Positions 9,339 to 18,092 of a stretch of 64,000 nucleotides of DNA are shown in pieces. The DNA is taken from the NCBI GenBank assembly GCA_018813285.1, contig JAHJBY010000033.1, positions 3,723 through 67,722 of the forward strand, in the 5' to 3' direction. The stretch is from Candidatus Omnitrophota bacterium. GTDB lineage: Bacteria; Omnitrophota; Gorgyraeia; Tantalellales; Tantalellaceae. Within the stretch, counting starts at the first letter, position 1, and every line of letters begins with the position of its first letter. The position numbers and the translations under genes were made by a program. A model generated the notes under the pieces. The model ran no database searches and was not told the origin of the DNA. It was given only the letters and a program-made list of their open reading frames with translations.

Positions 9339-9346
9339 AGTGGTCT

Positions 9347-9763
9347 TTATTCCCCGATCGCCTGCAATACCAGTTCGCGTCCACGCGGCCGGGTATCAAA
9401 ATCGCAAAAAATTATTTGCTGCCACGTTCCAAGGGTCAGCTCCCCATCAACAAACGGCACAGAAAACGACGGTCCCATCATAGTCGAACGGATATGTGAA
9501 GAACCGTTGTCATCGTTCCATGTCTTGCCATGCTCATAGGCCTTTCCCGAGGGGGCAAACATCTCAAGCGCTTCCTTAAGATCCTTAACAAGATTCGGCT
9601 CATATTCTATTGTGCTAATGCCTCCTGTTGAGCCCGGGCTAAAAACAGTCAACACCCCGCTTTTAAGACCGGATGCGCGAACAAGTTCCCCGCAATCGGG
9701 AGTTATATCCAGAATATCCGTGTCCCCGCGAGTCTGGATCCTCAAAGTTTTCGTAATGACCAT
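9347..9763 (-). CDS. YjbQ/UPF0047 family protein (secondary thiamine-phosphate synthase-like)
   Basis: HGKTWNDDNGSSHIRS ... GTWQQIIF motifs. Confidence 0.75.
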   Translation of the reverse strand: MVITKTLRIQTRGDTDILDITPDCGELVRASGLKSGVLTVFSPGSTGGISTIEYEPNLVKDLKEALEMFAPSGKAYEHGKTWNDDNGSSHIRSTMMGPSFSVPFVDGELTLGTWQQIIFCDFDTRPRGRELVLQAIGE

Positions 9764-9771
9764 GTGGGCTA

Positions 9772-10164
9772 CTATAACTGGTGGTTAATGTAAGTGATCA
9801 ATTTCTCCCTATCGCCCGGCTTAAGGAAGTTGAAAAATATCGCAACATCATAATGCACTGTCTTGCCATCTTTCACAACGGGATGTTCCCTCACAACAAC
9901 ACCTTCAATGTGAAGAAGGAGAGGCGCGGAACCTGCTTTTTTGCCCGGCAAAGCGAGGACTATGTCGAGCCGGGTCATCAACGGGATAGGATTGGTGATC
10001 TTGCAATATACTCCACTCGCGCTGACATCAAGGCTTTGGGTTATAATTCCGAACCCTTCGCCTTTAAGCTGCACCTCTATTCCCTTATCCTCTATGCGGG
10101 GGAACTTCCGCCGTTCCGCGCTGTCCTTTCTGCTCTCTTTTCTTCGATCAATTCTTTTTCCCAT
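9772..10164 (-). CDS. stand-alone PilZ domain protein, paralog 2
   Basis: RRKFPR followed by DVSASG. Confidence 0.6.
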   Translation of the reverse strand: MGKRIDRRKESRKDSAERRKFPRIEDKGIEVQLKGEGFGIITQSLDVSASGVYCKITNPIPLMTRLDIVLALPGKKAGSAPLLLHIEGVVVREHPVVKDGKTVHYDVAIFFNFLKPGDREKLITYINHQL

Positions 10165-10199
10165 GTTACCTTTCCTTTTTTTTGACTTCTCTCAACCGA

Positions 10200-10547
10200 T
10201 CATCCCGGAGGCCAGGTGAACTTTCGACCGCCCAGGAGATGCACATGCAAATGAAAAACTTCCTGTCCGGCATCACCGTTACAATTAACAACAATCCTGT
10301 ATCCGCTTTCTGAGATCGATAACCCCCTGGCAATATCTTTGATCTTAACGAACGTCTTGCCTAACATCACAGCATCGTCATCAGAAAGATCATTAAATGA
10401 TCTGATATGTTTTTTAGGAATTATCAGAAGATGTTCCGGCGCCTGCGGGGTAATGTCCTTAAAAGCGATCATTTGATCGTCTTCAAAAACAATATCAGCG
10501 GGTATCTTTTTGTCTCTTATGCCGCAAAAAACGCAATCTGTGCTCAT
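10200..10547 (-). CDS. HIT-family (histidine triad) protein
   Basis: HLHVHLLGG triad; N-terminal CxxC. Confidence 0.8.
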   Translation of the reverse strand: MSTDCVFCGIRDKKIPADIVFEDDQMIAFKDITPQAPEHLLIIPKKHIRSFNDLSDDDAVMLGKTFVKIKDIARGLSISESGYRIVVNCNGDAGQEVFHLHVHLLGGRKFTWPPG

Positions 10548-10603
10548 GTTGAGAGTATTATAGCATCTCGTAAATATAGGGTCAAGGGGCGAAATAGTCC
10601 GTC

Positions 10604-10742
10604 GGTCAACGGTCGATAGTCCACAGATTGAAAGGCGAGAGGCGGAACGCGGAACGACATCTCGTCCCGCGTTGTGTGTCCAGCGTTATGTGTTGTGTAT
10701 TGACGCGTGAATCGTAGGGGCGCGGAAACCGCGCCCCTACTT
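10604..10742. repeat. mosaic intergenic element: conserved 33-nt core, a REP-like unit (reverse-complemented) and a GC palindrome
   Basis: Core ggtcaacggtcgatagtccacagattgaaaggc (10604-10636), a REP-like unit at 10640-10705, and hairpin gtaggggcgcgg-aaac-ccgcgcccctac (10713-10739). Confidence 0.55.
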
Positions 10743-11147
10743 TCTATCTTCTTCGGCCTTCTGTTTATCGGCTTCGGCCTTCTTTCTATCGGCTTCGGCC
10801 TTTTTCAGATAGCATTTCTTGTTGCAATAAAACGCGTCATTTCGATAGTACCATATTTTTTTCGCGAATGTCTTTCCACAAGACGCACATTCGGTTGGTT
10901 TTTGTGATGTCTTACTCCTTGGCTGAAAACCCTTTTTTTCAGACACCTCTTCGGCTTTCGCTTCTTCGGCCGGTACTTCTTCGGCTTTCGCTTCTTCGGC
11001 CGGTGCTTCTTCGGCTTTCGCTTCTTCAGCCGGTGTCTGCTCTTCTTGTTCAACCACGTTTTCTTCCGCTTCCACCGGTTTCTCTTCTATTTTGGCGTCA
11101 CTTTCACCGTTAGTTTTCTTTGCCTTCCGGTCGTCACTTTTACTCAT
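10737..11147 (-). CDS. acidic tandem-repeat protein with a C-terminal Cys-rich zinc-ribbon-like segment
   Basis: Three exact 30-bp tandem copies (10948-11037) encode (AEEAKAEEVP)n. C-terminal CASCGKTF...YCNKKC. Confidence 0.4.
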   Translation of the reverse strand: MSKSDDRKAKKTNGESDAKIEEKPVEAEENVVEQEEQTPAEEAKAEEAPAEEAKAEEVPAEEAKAEEVSEKKGFQPRSKTSQKPTECASCGKTFAKKIWYYRNDAFYCNKKCYLKKAEADRKKAEADKQKAEEDRK

Positions 11148-11542
11148 TTTTCCTCCGTTTTACTACCTGTCTTCGACTTCATCCATTTGGAATAGATATA
11201 ATTCAGCATTCGGCTACGATCATCACTTTTTATCTTTTTTATCTTTACTCCGCCTTCATGTCCGCTCGATCCACTCCTTTGCGGAACCGTCCAGGCGATC
11301 TCGCCCGTCACTATGACCGGTATATTGTCTCCCGGTATCATCATTTCTATCTCAACGTCCTCTCCCTGACGAATACTTTCCCCGCTCGCGACCCCCAGTC
11401 CATCCCTGCTGAAATTCTTGACAGTCACGCGCTTCCGCTCATTATTTTTTCCAAAAAAGGCGTCCATTAAGACATCAAATCTCATATAGTTGCGTTTTTC
11501 TTTCATATGGCTCCCTGCTAATATTGTTCGGTCATCCCGCAC
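11144..11542 (-). CDS. stand-alone PilZ domain protein, paralog 3
   Basis: RNYMR (RxxxR) followed by NFSRDG. Confidence 0.55.
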   Translation of the reverse strand: MRDDRTILAGSHMKEKRNYMRFDVLMDAFFGKNNERKRVTVKNFSRDGLGVASGESIRQGEDVEIEMMIPGDNIPVIVTGEIAWTVPQRSGSSGHEGGVKIKKIKSDDRSRMLNYIYSKWMKSKTGSKTEEK

Positions 11543-11612
11543 TCAAATACACGTCCCAAGTGTAACTGGGTATCGCTATAATACATACAAAGGCGCAGTT
11601 TGTCCAGTTAAA

Positions 11613-11647
11613 ATACGCGGCCAAAAAAAAAGGGCGAAATTACTCGC
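11613..11647 (-). terminator. Rho-independent terminator after the second KLGRG-motif gene
   Basis: Hairpin gggcg-aaattact-cgccc with A9 upstream and T7 downstream. Confidence 0.5.
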
Positions 11648-11672
11648 CCCTTTTTTTGCCACCAGGATCATA

Positions 11673-12011
11673 TTATTCGCTAAACACGAATTCGGGTTCC
11701 AGGACAGGCTGATAATCTTCCGGTATCGGGAACGGAAACATTACCACCTCATATACGCCAGCTCCTGTTCTAACTATGAACATGCCAATACCCTTCGCAA
11801 GCCCCATAGTTATACCGGCCAGAACATTGTCTTCAACACTTGTGTCATAAATGTTCTTCGGAAGTTCAACCCACCCGGTCAGTATGTTAGCAAGTCCCCT
11901 GCCAAGTTTTTTCGCAGGATCCTGTGCATAGCACTGCGTAGCCATGCCCAGCATGGCTACCACCATTAAACAAACCACCACCATTTTAAAAGCTCTCATA
12001 ATCGCTTTCAC
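11673..12011 (-). CDS. small secreted KLGRG-motif protein (TIGR04073-like), paralog 2
   Basis: KKLGRGLANILTGWVELPKNI ... VMFPFPIPEDY. Confidence 0.45.
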   Translation of the reverse strand: MKAIMRAFKMVVVCLMVVAMLGMATQCYAQDPAKKLGRGLANILTGWVELPKNIYDTSVEDNVLAGITMGLAKGIGMFIVRTGAGVYEVVMFPFPIPEDYQPVLEPEFVFSE

Positions 12012-12046
12012 CCCCCTTTAAATTGTTCTTCGTTACCTGCGTCTTG

Positions 12047-12075
12047 AGTATATCATACCCATTTTTCGTTGTCAA
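12047..12075 (-). promoter_or_regulatory. near-consensus sigma70-type promoter for the KLGRG-motif gene
   Basis: On the minus strand, TTGACA-17 nt-TATACT lies about 35 nt upstream of the ATG at 12011. Confidence 0.35.
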
Positions 12076-12077
12076 GC

Positions 12078-12440
12078 TCACGCGGTCAACACATCGTTGA
12101 CCACACCCGCGATCTTTACCTTATCTTTGTCCGCAATGTCCGTAAATTCTATCCCAACATCATATTCGTTCACATCTTTTTTGTTGAGCAGTTTCCGCCG
12201 GATCACCCACACAATGGTTCCCTGACATGATATAGGCCCTTCTTTCTCGCTGAGGTAAAGATCCAGGTTTGCCGTTTTAAATAGATCGAATTCTTTCCTC
12301 AAAATAACACAAATACCCCCGACCCCTATATTTTCCGTAAAGGTTTCAAATACTTCTTCTTTGCCGCGACTTGACACCCGAATACGGCATCTATAATTGA
12401 TGCGTGGAAATTTGCGTTTGTCTATACCTTCCCATAACAT
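12078..12440 (-). CDS. stand-alone PilZ domain protein, paralog 4
   Basis: KRKFPRIN followed by NIGVGG. Confidence 0.6.
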   Translation of the reverse strand: MLWEGIDKRKFPRINYRCRIRVSSRGKEEVFETFTENIGVGGICVILRKEFDLFKTANLDLYLSEKEGPISCQGTIVWVIRRKLLNKKDVNEYDVGIEFTDIADKDKVKIAGVVNDVLTA

Positions 12441-12487
12441 GATACATAGTAGAATACACTATGATACCCGTTCTGACAAGCGGGAAA

Positions 12488-12580
12488 TGTGAAATAGACG
12501 TTTCAGGGCGGGGGAACCCCGCTTTGCGTCATGCCTCATGTCGTTCCGCGTTTCGCGTCTTGCGTCCTGCCCCTTGACCC
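12488..12580. repeat. intergenic repeats: GC-hairpin 26-mer plus a partial REP-like unit
   Basis: gacgtttcagggcgggggaaccccgc is identical to 26784-26809. It is followed by atgtcgttccgcgtttcgcgtcttgcgt. Confidence 0.5.
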
Positions 12581-12608
12581 TGTATTTACGAGGTGTTATA
12601 ATGTGTCC

Positions 12609-13433
12609 ATGTATTATGAATATTATGGATTCCGGGAGAACCCGTTCAATGTCACCAGCGACCCCAGCTTTCTTTATTTGAGCGATACGCACAAAGAGGC
12701 ATTGAATCACCTGCGCTATGGCATTGAGCAAAGAAAAGGTTTTATAGAAATCACCGGGGAGATCGGCGCCGGAAAAACTACACTTTGCCGCTCCCTCCTG
12801 AACAGCCTCGAGACCAGCACAAAAACATCGCTTGTTTTTAATTCTAACCTGCCAGAAATACAGCTTCTTGAAGCGATAATGATAGATTTTGATATAATCC
12901 CGGGACGTCGAAATAAAATAACCTTTTACCGGCAGATAAACGAGTTTCTTCTTGAACAACTGAATATCGGCAAAAACGTAGTCCTCATTATCGATGAGGC
13001 TCAAAATCTCCGCAACCCTGCCCTTGAGTCGATACGCATGTTGTCGAATCTTGAGACTGAAAAAGAGAAACTCCTGCAGATAGTCCTTGTCGGACAGCCA
13101 CAGTTACGTGAAAAGCTGAATTCCCCTGATCTCGCGCAATTGCGGCAACGGATCGCCGTCAATTTCCATCTTCAGGCATTGAGGTCGGAGGAAGTTAAGG
13201 AATACATTAAACATCGTCTGCGGGTTGCCGGTTCGATGGACACTGTGACTTTTAGCGACGACGCCGTCCGGCTTATCGCGGCCTACTCCGAAGGAATACC
13301 CAGGGTGATCAACATAATTTGCGACAAATCCCTTTTGCTGGGATTCGTCAAAAATGCTTCGGTTATAGACCGTTCCATAATTCAAACCAGCATTGAGGAG
13401 CTAAAGGGCAACGTAACTCTTGCCGCTGTCTGA
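12609..13433 (+). CDS. ExeA/GspA-like AAA ATPase (general secretion pathway protein A family; also resembles PEP-CTERM-locus secretion ATPases)
   Basis: MYYEYYGFRENPF start, Walker A GEIGAGKTT, Walker B VVLIIDEAQNL. Start trimmed to the Met at 12609. Confidence 0.7.
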   Translation: MYYEYYGFRENPFNVTSDPSFLYLSDTHKEALNHLRYGIEQRKGFIEITGEIGAGKTTLCRSLLNSLETSTKTSLVFNSNLPEIQLLEAIMIDFDIIPGRRNKITFYRQINEFLLEQLNIGKNVVLIIDEAQNLRNPALESIRMLSNLETEKEKLLQIVLVGQPQLREKLNSPDLAQLRQRIAVNFHLQALRSEEVKEYIKHRLRVAGSMDTVTFSDDAVRLIAAYSEGIPRVINIICDKSLLLGFVKNASVIDRSIIQTSIEELKGNVTLAAV

Positions 13434-13434
13434 T

Positions 13435-13920
13435 ATGAGCATTATTTCCGAGGCCTTAAAAAAGGCCCAATCAAAACGGGCCGAAAATATCTTCTTAAAA
13501 AGCGAAGACGACAGTACCCTTGTGCCGGAAAGCCGCCATTCCCCGGCCTCTGCCGCATACCGACGATCTAAGATCCTTTTGTATGCCGCAATAGCCTTTG
13601 CTATCTTCGTTCTCTCCGGTGCCGCTTTGCTATACCGGAACCAACACGCAAGCGGCATCGTCTCCCGCGTACCGGTAACCGGGGCAAATATGACAAAGGG
13701 CATAATTAAAGAACAGAAAGCATTTTCCGGCCCTGTCATCCAAAAAACCCCACCGGCGCTTGGCGGAATAATGTACTCTCCTTCAAAACCTCAAGCCATA
13801 TTGAACGGACGGATAGTCGAAAAAGGAGACGCGGTTGGTGAATTCACTGTGGACAATATCCTTCCTGATGTAGTGAAAATAAGTTCCGGTGAAGATAAGT
13901 TTGATCTTCGCATGCGTTAA
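13435..13920 (+). CDS. GspB/ExeB-like partner protein (TM anchor plus T2SSB-like C-terminal domain)
   Basis: One TM (LLYAAIAFAIFVLSGAALL). C-terminal LNGRIVEKGDAVGEFTVDNILPDVVKISSGEDKFDL. Its position right after the ExeA-like gene supports the call. Confidence 0.45.
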   Translation: MSIISEALKKAQSKRAENIFLKSEDDSTLVPESRHSPASAAYRRSKILLYAAIAFAIFVLSGAALLYRNQHASGIVSRVPVTGANMTKGIIKEQKAFSGPVIQKTPPALGGIMYSPSKPQAILNGRIVEKGDAVGEFTVDNILPDVVKISSGEDKFDLRMR

Positions 13921-13975
13921 TACCATTTTAACGCGAACCGCATACCGCAAACCCCTCTATTTCATTTCTTTCATT

Positions 13976-15067
13976 TTATTTGACGTATTGACGGATCACG
14001 CTCTTGACGAGGAATTCAGGAATATTTTCAACAACCTTAACCGACCCGATCCGCACCGGCAGGACAAAGCGATTGCTTCCCGCGGTGAATTTTTTGTCAT
14101 GGAGGAAGGCGTTCACCACTTCTTTAAATGGGACATTTCGCGCTACGAAACGCAGGCCGGCATTTCGCACCAGGCATTTTATCCTGTCAAGATCATCCGC
14201 CTTAAACATTTCAAGCCTTAAGGCGATCTCGCCCGCCATAACCATTCCTATGGCCACTGATTCACCGTGATTAAAATCATCCGAGTATTTCGAGGCGGCT
14301 TCTATAGCGTGTCCCAGCGTATGCCCAAAATTCAACACTATTCTGATGTCTTTTTGGTCAAACTCGTCGTCCTTTACTATCCCCGCCTTTATCGCCGCGC
14401 ATTCGCAGATGACTTTTTCAAGGACTTTCTTGTCCCGAGAAAGGACCTTTTTCACATTCGCGTCCAGGTAGTCAAAAAATGTACGGTTGCTCGCGATCCC
14501 GTATTTGATGATCTCCGCAAGACCGTTGCGCAATTGCCGTGCCGGAAGTGTGCTTAAAAAGTCCGGATCCATCAGAACAACGCGCGGTTGTTTGAACGCG
14601 CCTATCAAATTCTTTGCTTCAGGCAGATCCACCCCCACCTTTCCGCCTATCGCGGAATCGACCATAGCAAGAAGAGTGGTCGGAACTTGGATAAACGGTA
14701 CACCCCGCCTGTAGGTCGCGGCGACAAATCCCGCCAGGTCCCCCACAACTCCACCGCCAAGCGCGACTATCAGCGGCCTATGCATCCGGGTCTTTTTGGC
14801 GATCTTTTGAACAATATCCTGATATATCGCCACGGACTTCGACAGTTCCGAGGGAGGCACTATGACGCGGTATACTTCATTCGAAAGTTTGCGTACGATC
14901 GGCGGGATCAAAGGAGCAGTCCTTGTGAGAACGTTACGGTCTGTTATGAAAATGACCGGACCGGTGAATTTCATCTCCTTGATAACGCCGGGTAACCGGG
15001 CAACCGCCCCGCGCCCAACCAGAATACTATAACTTCTTTCGCCGAGAGACACTCTTATCTTCTTCAT
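13976..15067 (-). CDS. aroB: 3-dehydroquinate synthase
   Basis: GGGVVGDLAGF nucleotide-binding motif; HTLGHAIE metal-binding motif. Confidence 0.85.
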   Translation of the reverse strand: MKKIRVSLGERSYSILVGRGAVARLPGVIKEMKFTGPVIFITDRNVLTRTAPLIPPIVRKLSNEVYRVIVPPSELSKSVAIYQDIVQKIAKKTRMHRPLIVALGGGVVGDLAGFVAATYRRGVPFIQVPTTLLAMVDSAIGGKVGVDLPEAKNLIGAFKQPRVVLMDPDFLSTLPARQLRNGLAEIIKYGIASNRTFFDYLDANVKKVLSRDKKVLEKVICECAAIKAGIVKDDEFDQKDIRIVLNFGHTLGHAIEAASKYSDDFNHGESVAIGMVMAGEIALRLEMFKADDLDRIKCLVRNAGLRFVARNVPFKEVVNAFLHDKKFTAGSNRFVLPVRIGSVKVVENIPEFLVKSVIRQYVK

Positions 15068-15133
15068 GATACGTAACTATAGCACAAAAACTTATGAAAG
15101 GCAAAATTAGCAAGGGTGATGGGGCAAGTTCAT

Positions 15134-15871
15134 TCAATTTCGATACTTATCCAGCAGTTCTTCAGGAAAACCGATATTCCGCACGATGACTTTACCGCAA
15201 ACCACCGGGCCGTCTTTCTCAAAAAATCCGGTTTTAGGAAAACCGAATGTAATTGTCTGATCTGCCTTTATACAATTTTCGGAAGCCAGACCGGTGGTAG
15301 CGTCCAACCCGGAGGGAACGTCCACCGCATAACACAGGATATCCATCCCGTTGATGATCCTTCCTATGGCCGACACTTTCGGGGGTAACTCTCCGTGAAA
15401 TCCCGTTCCGAAAATGGAATCGATCACAGCTGAAAATTTTTCACGGTGACATCCTGCTGACAAAAAATCGGTCAAGGGAAATATCGGTATGCCTTCCTTC
15501 CTCGCGATATCGTAATTATCACGTGCGCATCCCACGCCGTCATTGATCTCGCCGGATGAAAAAACAGCAGGACTTCCCGGCGATTCTTGCGACAGGCGAC
15601 GGGCTATTACAAACCCGTCCCCCCCGTTATTCCCTTTACCGCAAAAAATGGCTATTCTTTTGTTCTGAAAAGGATTGAGCTCGGAAATTATGTGTTCCGC
15701 AACGGCTAACCCCGCATTTTCCATCAAACGAGACGCTGGAATACCATACTCATCCCGCGCCTTCCTGTCAATTTCAGACATGGTTTTAGCAGTAACCGGT
15801 TTTATCATAATGAAGGGATCATTTAATCTTCGGAGAGACGGAACAGTTTTCTTAAGGACCAGACAGGTCAA
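15134..15871 (-). CDS. NAD(P)H-hydrate epimerase (YjeF N-terminal domain)
   Basis: LMENAGLAVAE ... CGKGNNGGDGFV. The true start is probably an internal Met (MIKPV or MSEID). Confidence 0.65.
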   Translation of the reverse strand: MTCLVLKKTVPSLRRLNDPFIMIKPVTAKTMSEIDRKARDEYGIPASRLMENAGLAVAEHIISELNPFQNKRIAIFCGKGNNGGDGFVIARRLSQESPGSPAVFSSGEINDGVGCARDNYDIARKEGIPIFPLTDFLSAGCHREKFSAVIDSIFGTGFHGELPPKVSAIGRIINGMDILCYAVDVPSGLDATTGLASENCIKADQTITFGFPKTGFFEKDGPVVCGKVIVRNIGFPEELLDKYRN

Positions 15872-15895
15872 GCTGCTGAAACTCCTCGAATGTCA

Positions 15896-16180
15896 TCATT
15901 TGGCTTTTCTCGTGTTATCCTTTTTGCCTTCGGGTCTGGCCGCGGCAGTTTCTTCCTTGACTGCTGCCGTGGCTCCTTCCGCGCCCTCTTCCTCGGCCGG
16001 ACCCTTGGTTTTCTTGACCTTAAACTTAACGCGCTTCACTTTGGGGAGCTTGTATACCGAATCTTTTTCTTCGTCCCATCTGTCTTTTTCGACAAGCTCT
16101 TTTATCTTCTCATGCCGTTTTATCACCGAACGGTATTTGCCCGCGCTATCGCCTAATTTTAAACTGGGATGTTGTGTCAT
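15896..16180 (-). CDS. small Lys-rich hypothetical protein
   Basis: 94 aa, basic centre and acidic tail. No motif recognised. Confidence 0.3.
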   Translation of the reverse strand: MTQHPSLKLGDSAGKYRSVIKRHEKIKELVEKDRWDEEKDSVYKLPKVKRVKFKVKKTKGPAEEEGAEGATAAVKEETAAARPEGKKDNTRKAK

Positions 16181-16217
16181 CTATTCCTCCTTACACCATA
16201 TTTTAGTTGTACCCTTT

Positions 16218-16880
16218 CTATTGTTTCCTGATGTAACAATCCTGGTATTCCTCAATGAATTTTTCCTTTGCGCCCCGGGCTTCCCCGATGGTTTTATACC
16301 CCTTCACATAAGACTGGTACCACTTGCCGACCTTCACATACGCGGCATCGTTGCCGGCCTCTTTCAGCTTCGCTGTTTCCTTCTCAACATTTTCCTTTTC
16401 CGTAAAAGCCGCAAGCTGTATAGTATAGGCCGCCTCGTCCGGTTTAGCAACTGCTTTTTCACCTAAAACGCTTAATTCCCAAGGTTTCCGCGTCTCCTTC
16501 GTTTCTAATGTGTCCGTCGTTACATCTGACTCAGCCTTTTCTTCTCCTTCTTCATCCGGCGTCTCCCCGCCGGATCCGGAGATATCCGTGCTTCCCGCGT
16601 CTTTCGTCAATTCCGGCATGGTCTCAATAACCACAATGTCCGCCGGTCGTTGTTCCGGAACAGATCTCTTCCCGCTTTCGACACCGGCCGCGTATGCCAC
16701 CACCAGTAACACAAGCATCGCTATCCCAAAAACAACGACATATTCCACCGGAATACGAACATGCGGCATAAACCTTACGACCGGATATCCGGCCTTAAAG
16801 CCGAGCCGCTTCCCGCAGCCTGAAGAGGCGTGGTTAAAAAAGTCGTCCTGAAACTGATCATCCGTCATGTCGGAAATCAT
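16218..16880 (-). CDS. SPOR-domain membrane protein (DedD/FtsN-like septal peptidoglycan binding)
   Basis: TM anchor, acidic linker, and a C-terminal SPOR-like domain (YTIQLAAFTEKENVEKETAKLKEAGNDAAYVK). Confidence 0.6.
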   Translation of the reverse strand: MISDMTDDQFQDDFFNHASSGCGKRLGFKAGYPVVRFMPHVRIPVEYVVVFGIAMLVLLVVAYAAGVESGKRSVPEQRPADIVVIETMPELTKDAGSTDISGSGGETPDEEGEEKAESDVTTDTLETKETRKPWELSVLGEKAVAKPDEAAYTIQLAAFTEKENVEKETAKLKEAGNDAAYVKVGKWYQSYVKGYKTIGEARGAKEKFIEEYQDCYIRKQ

Positions 16881-16944
16881 TGTAGCATATTATCACAAAA
16901 TCGCAAGAGGGTTGTTCATGTCGGGTGAGAGCACAAGAGCACAC

Positions 16945-17139
16945 GACACAAGGCACATGGCATCGTCAACGGTCGACAGTCCACAGATTGAAAGGCAAGA
17001 GGCGAGAGGCAAGAGGCGAGGGGCAAGGGGCATCCCGGTGATGGGTGATGGGTGAATCGTAGGGGCGAGAAGTGATGGGTGATGGGAACTCGCGAATCGT
17101 AGGGGCGCGGTTTCCGCGCCCCTACGATTTTAAGGGCGA
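16945..17139. repeat. mosaic intergenic element: (GGCACA)-run, 33-nt core, (AGAGGCG)n, (GGTGATG)n and a GC palindrome
   Basis: Core catcgtcaacggtcgacagtccacagattgaaaggc at 16961-16996, heptamer runs at 16996-17075, and hairpin gtaggggcgcgg-tttc-cgcgcccctac at 17106-17139 (the inverted form of the 10713 copy). Confidence 0.55.
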
Positions 17140-17348
17140 ATAGTAGATAGCGAAAGTGAAGTGAAAACGGAGAACTCATTACAGAAATTTAGCTTTTTAT
17201 TTGATCTTGAGAGCAAGATACCACACTCACAAATGTTCGAGCCCTCCGACAGCAAAAAGCCGGCGGATGGGCGAGTTTTGTGAGGCACGAAAGATCGAAT
17301 AAAAAGCGTTAAGAATTTCTGTAGAGGCCGAATTTTTACTTCACTTTC

Positions 17349-18092
17349 TCATTTTTCGGATAAAAACTTTGATGGGGAGATATTTATCTCTATCCTGTCG
17401 GAGAGCAGGTGAAATGCTCCTGTCTTGAGATTGCCTTCCAATGTCAGAGACGTCCCATACCATCCGTCTTTTTCGGGGGTGAGAAACATCTGCCCGAAAT
17501 TCTCTATCAGACCAGCCGAAATAGCCGGCGAAAATGACATGCGCATATCCAGCATAGCGTCCCCGTTTTCGGGCCGATAGTCGCTTCCTCCCCCAACAAC
17601 AACATTATCGGAAACAGCGTCAAAGGGCCGAACGGATACACTGCCCTTATCAACAAGAACTGTAAAAGTTATGGATCGATACTTCCACCTGGAATCGAAA
17701 GGCACCCTTATCAGCGCGTCAAGCGACGAACCGAGACCACCCACCACCCTTTTGTCCGTGCCAACATTGAACCGAACCCCTTTCAACTGACAATCGAAAA
17801 CAAGCCTTCTTTCACCCCTCAATTCATCCCACCGGATCCGGAATACAGCGTTTTCCGCGTTGATCGTGAATCCCGTTTTCGGCGAATTTATCTCAAGCTC
17901 ACGGATGTATACTGACGTTAACGAATTACCCCTCCTGGCTCCGCAGGATACATGTATACCGGCAAGACGCCCGGCCAAAAATATGGCGATTTGATCAACA
18001 CGCGAAAACGCGAAGTAAAGCCCCGCGGCAAGACACACGAAGCAAACCGAAAAAACAACAACAGGACGCTTCATTTTTTTAAACAACATCAT
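17349..18092 (-). CDS. hypothetical membrane-anchored or periplasmic protein
   Basis: N-terminal TM or signal sequence. No recognised domain. Confidence 0.35.
   Translation of the reverse strand: MMLFKKMKRPVVVFSVCFVCLAAGLYFAFSRVDQIAIFLAGRLAGIHVSCGARRGNSLTSVYIRELEINSPKTGFTINAENAVFRIRWDELRGERRLVFDCQLKGVRFNVGTDKRVVGGLGSSLDALIRVPFDSRWKYRSITFTVLVDKGSVSVRPFDAVSDNVVVGGGSDYRPENGDAMLDMRMSFSPAISAGLIENFGQMFLTPEKDGWYGTSLTLEGNLKTGAFHLLSDRIEINISPSKFLSEK

Noticed and set aside
12459-13004. 181-aa minus-strand ORF
   Set aside because: Antisense to the well-supported ExeA-like ATPase gene and runs through a REP-like repeat; no motifs.
15675-16466. 263-aa plus-strand ORF
   Set aside because: Low-complexity S/L/F-rich translation antisense to three well-supported minus-strand genes.
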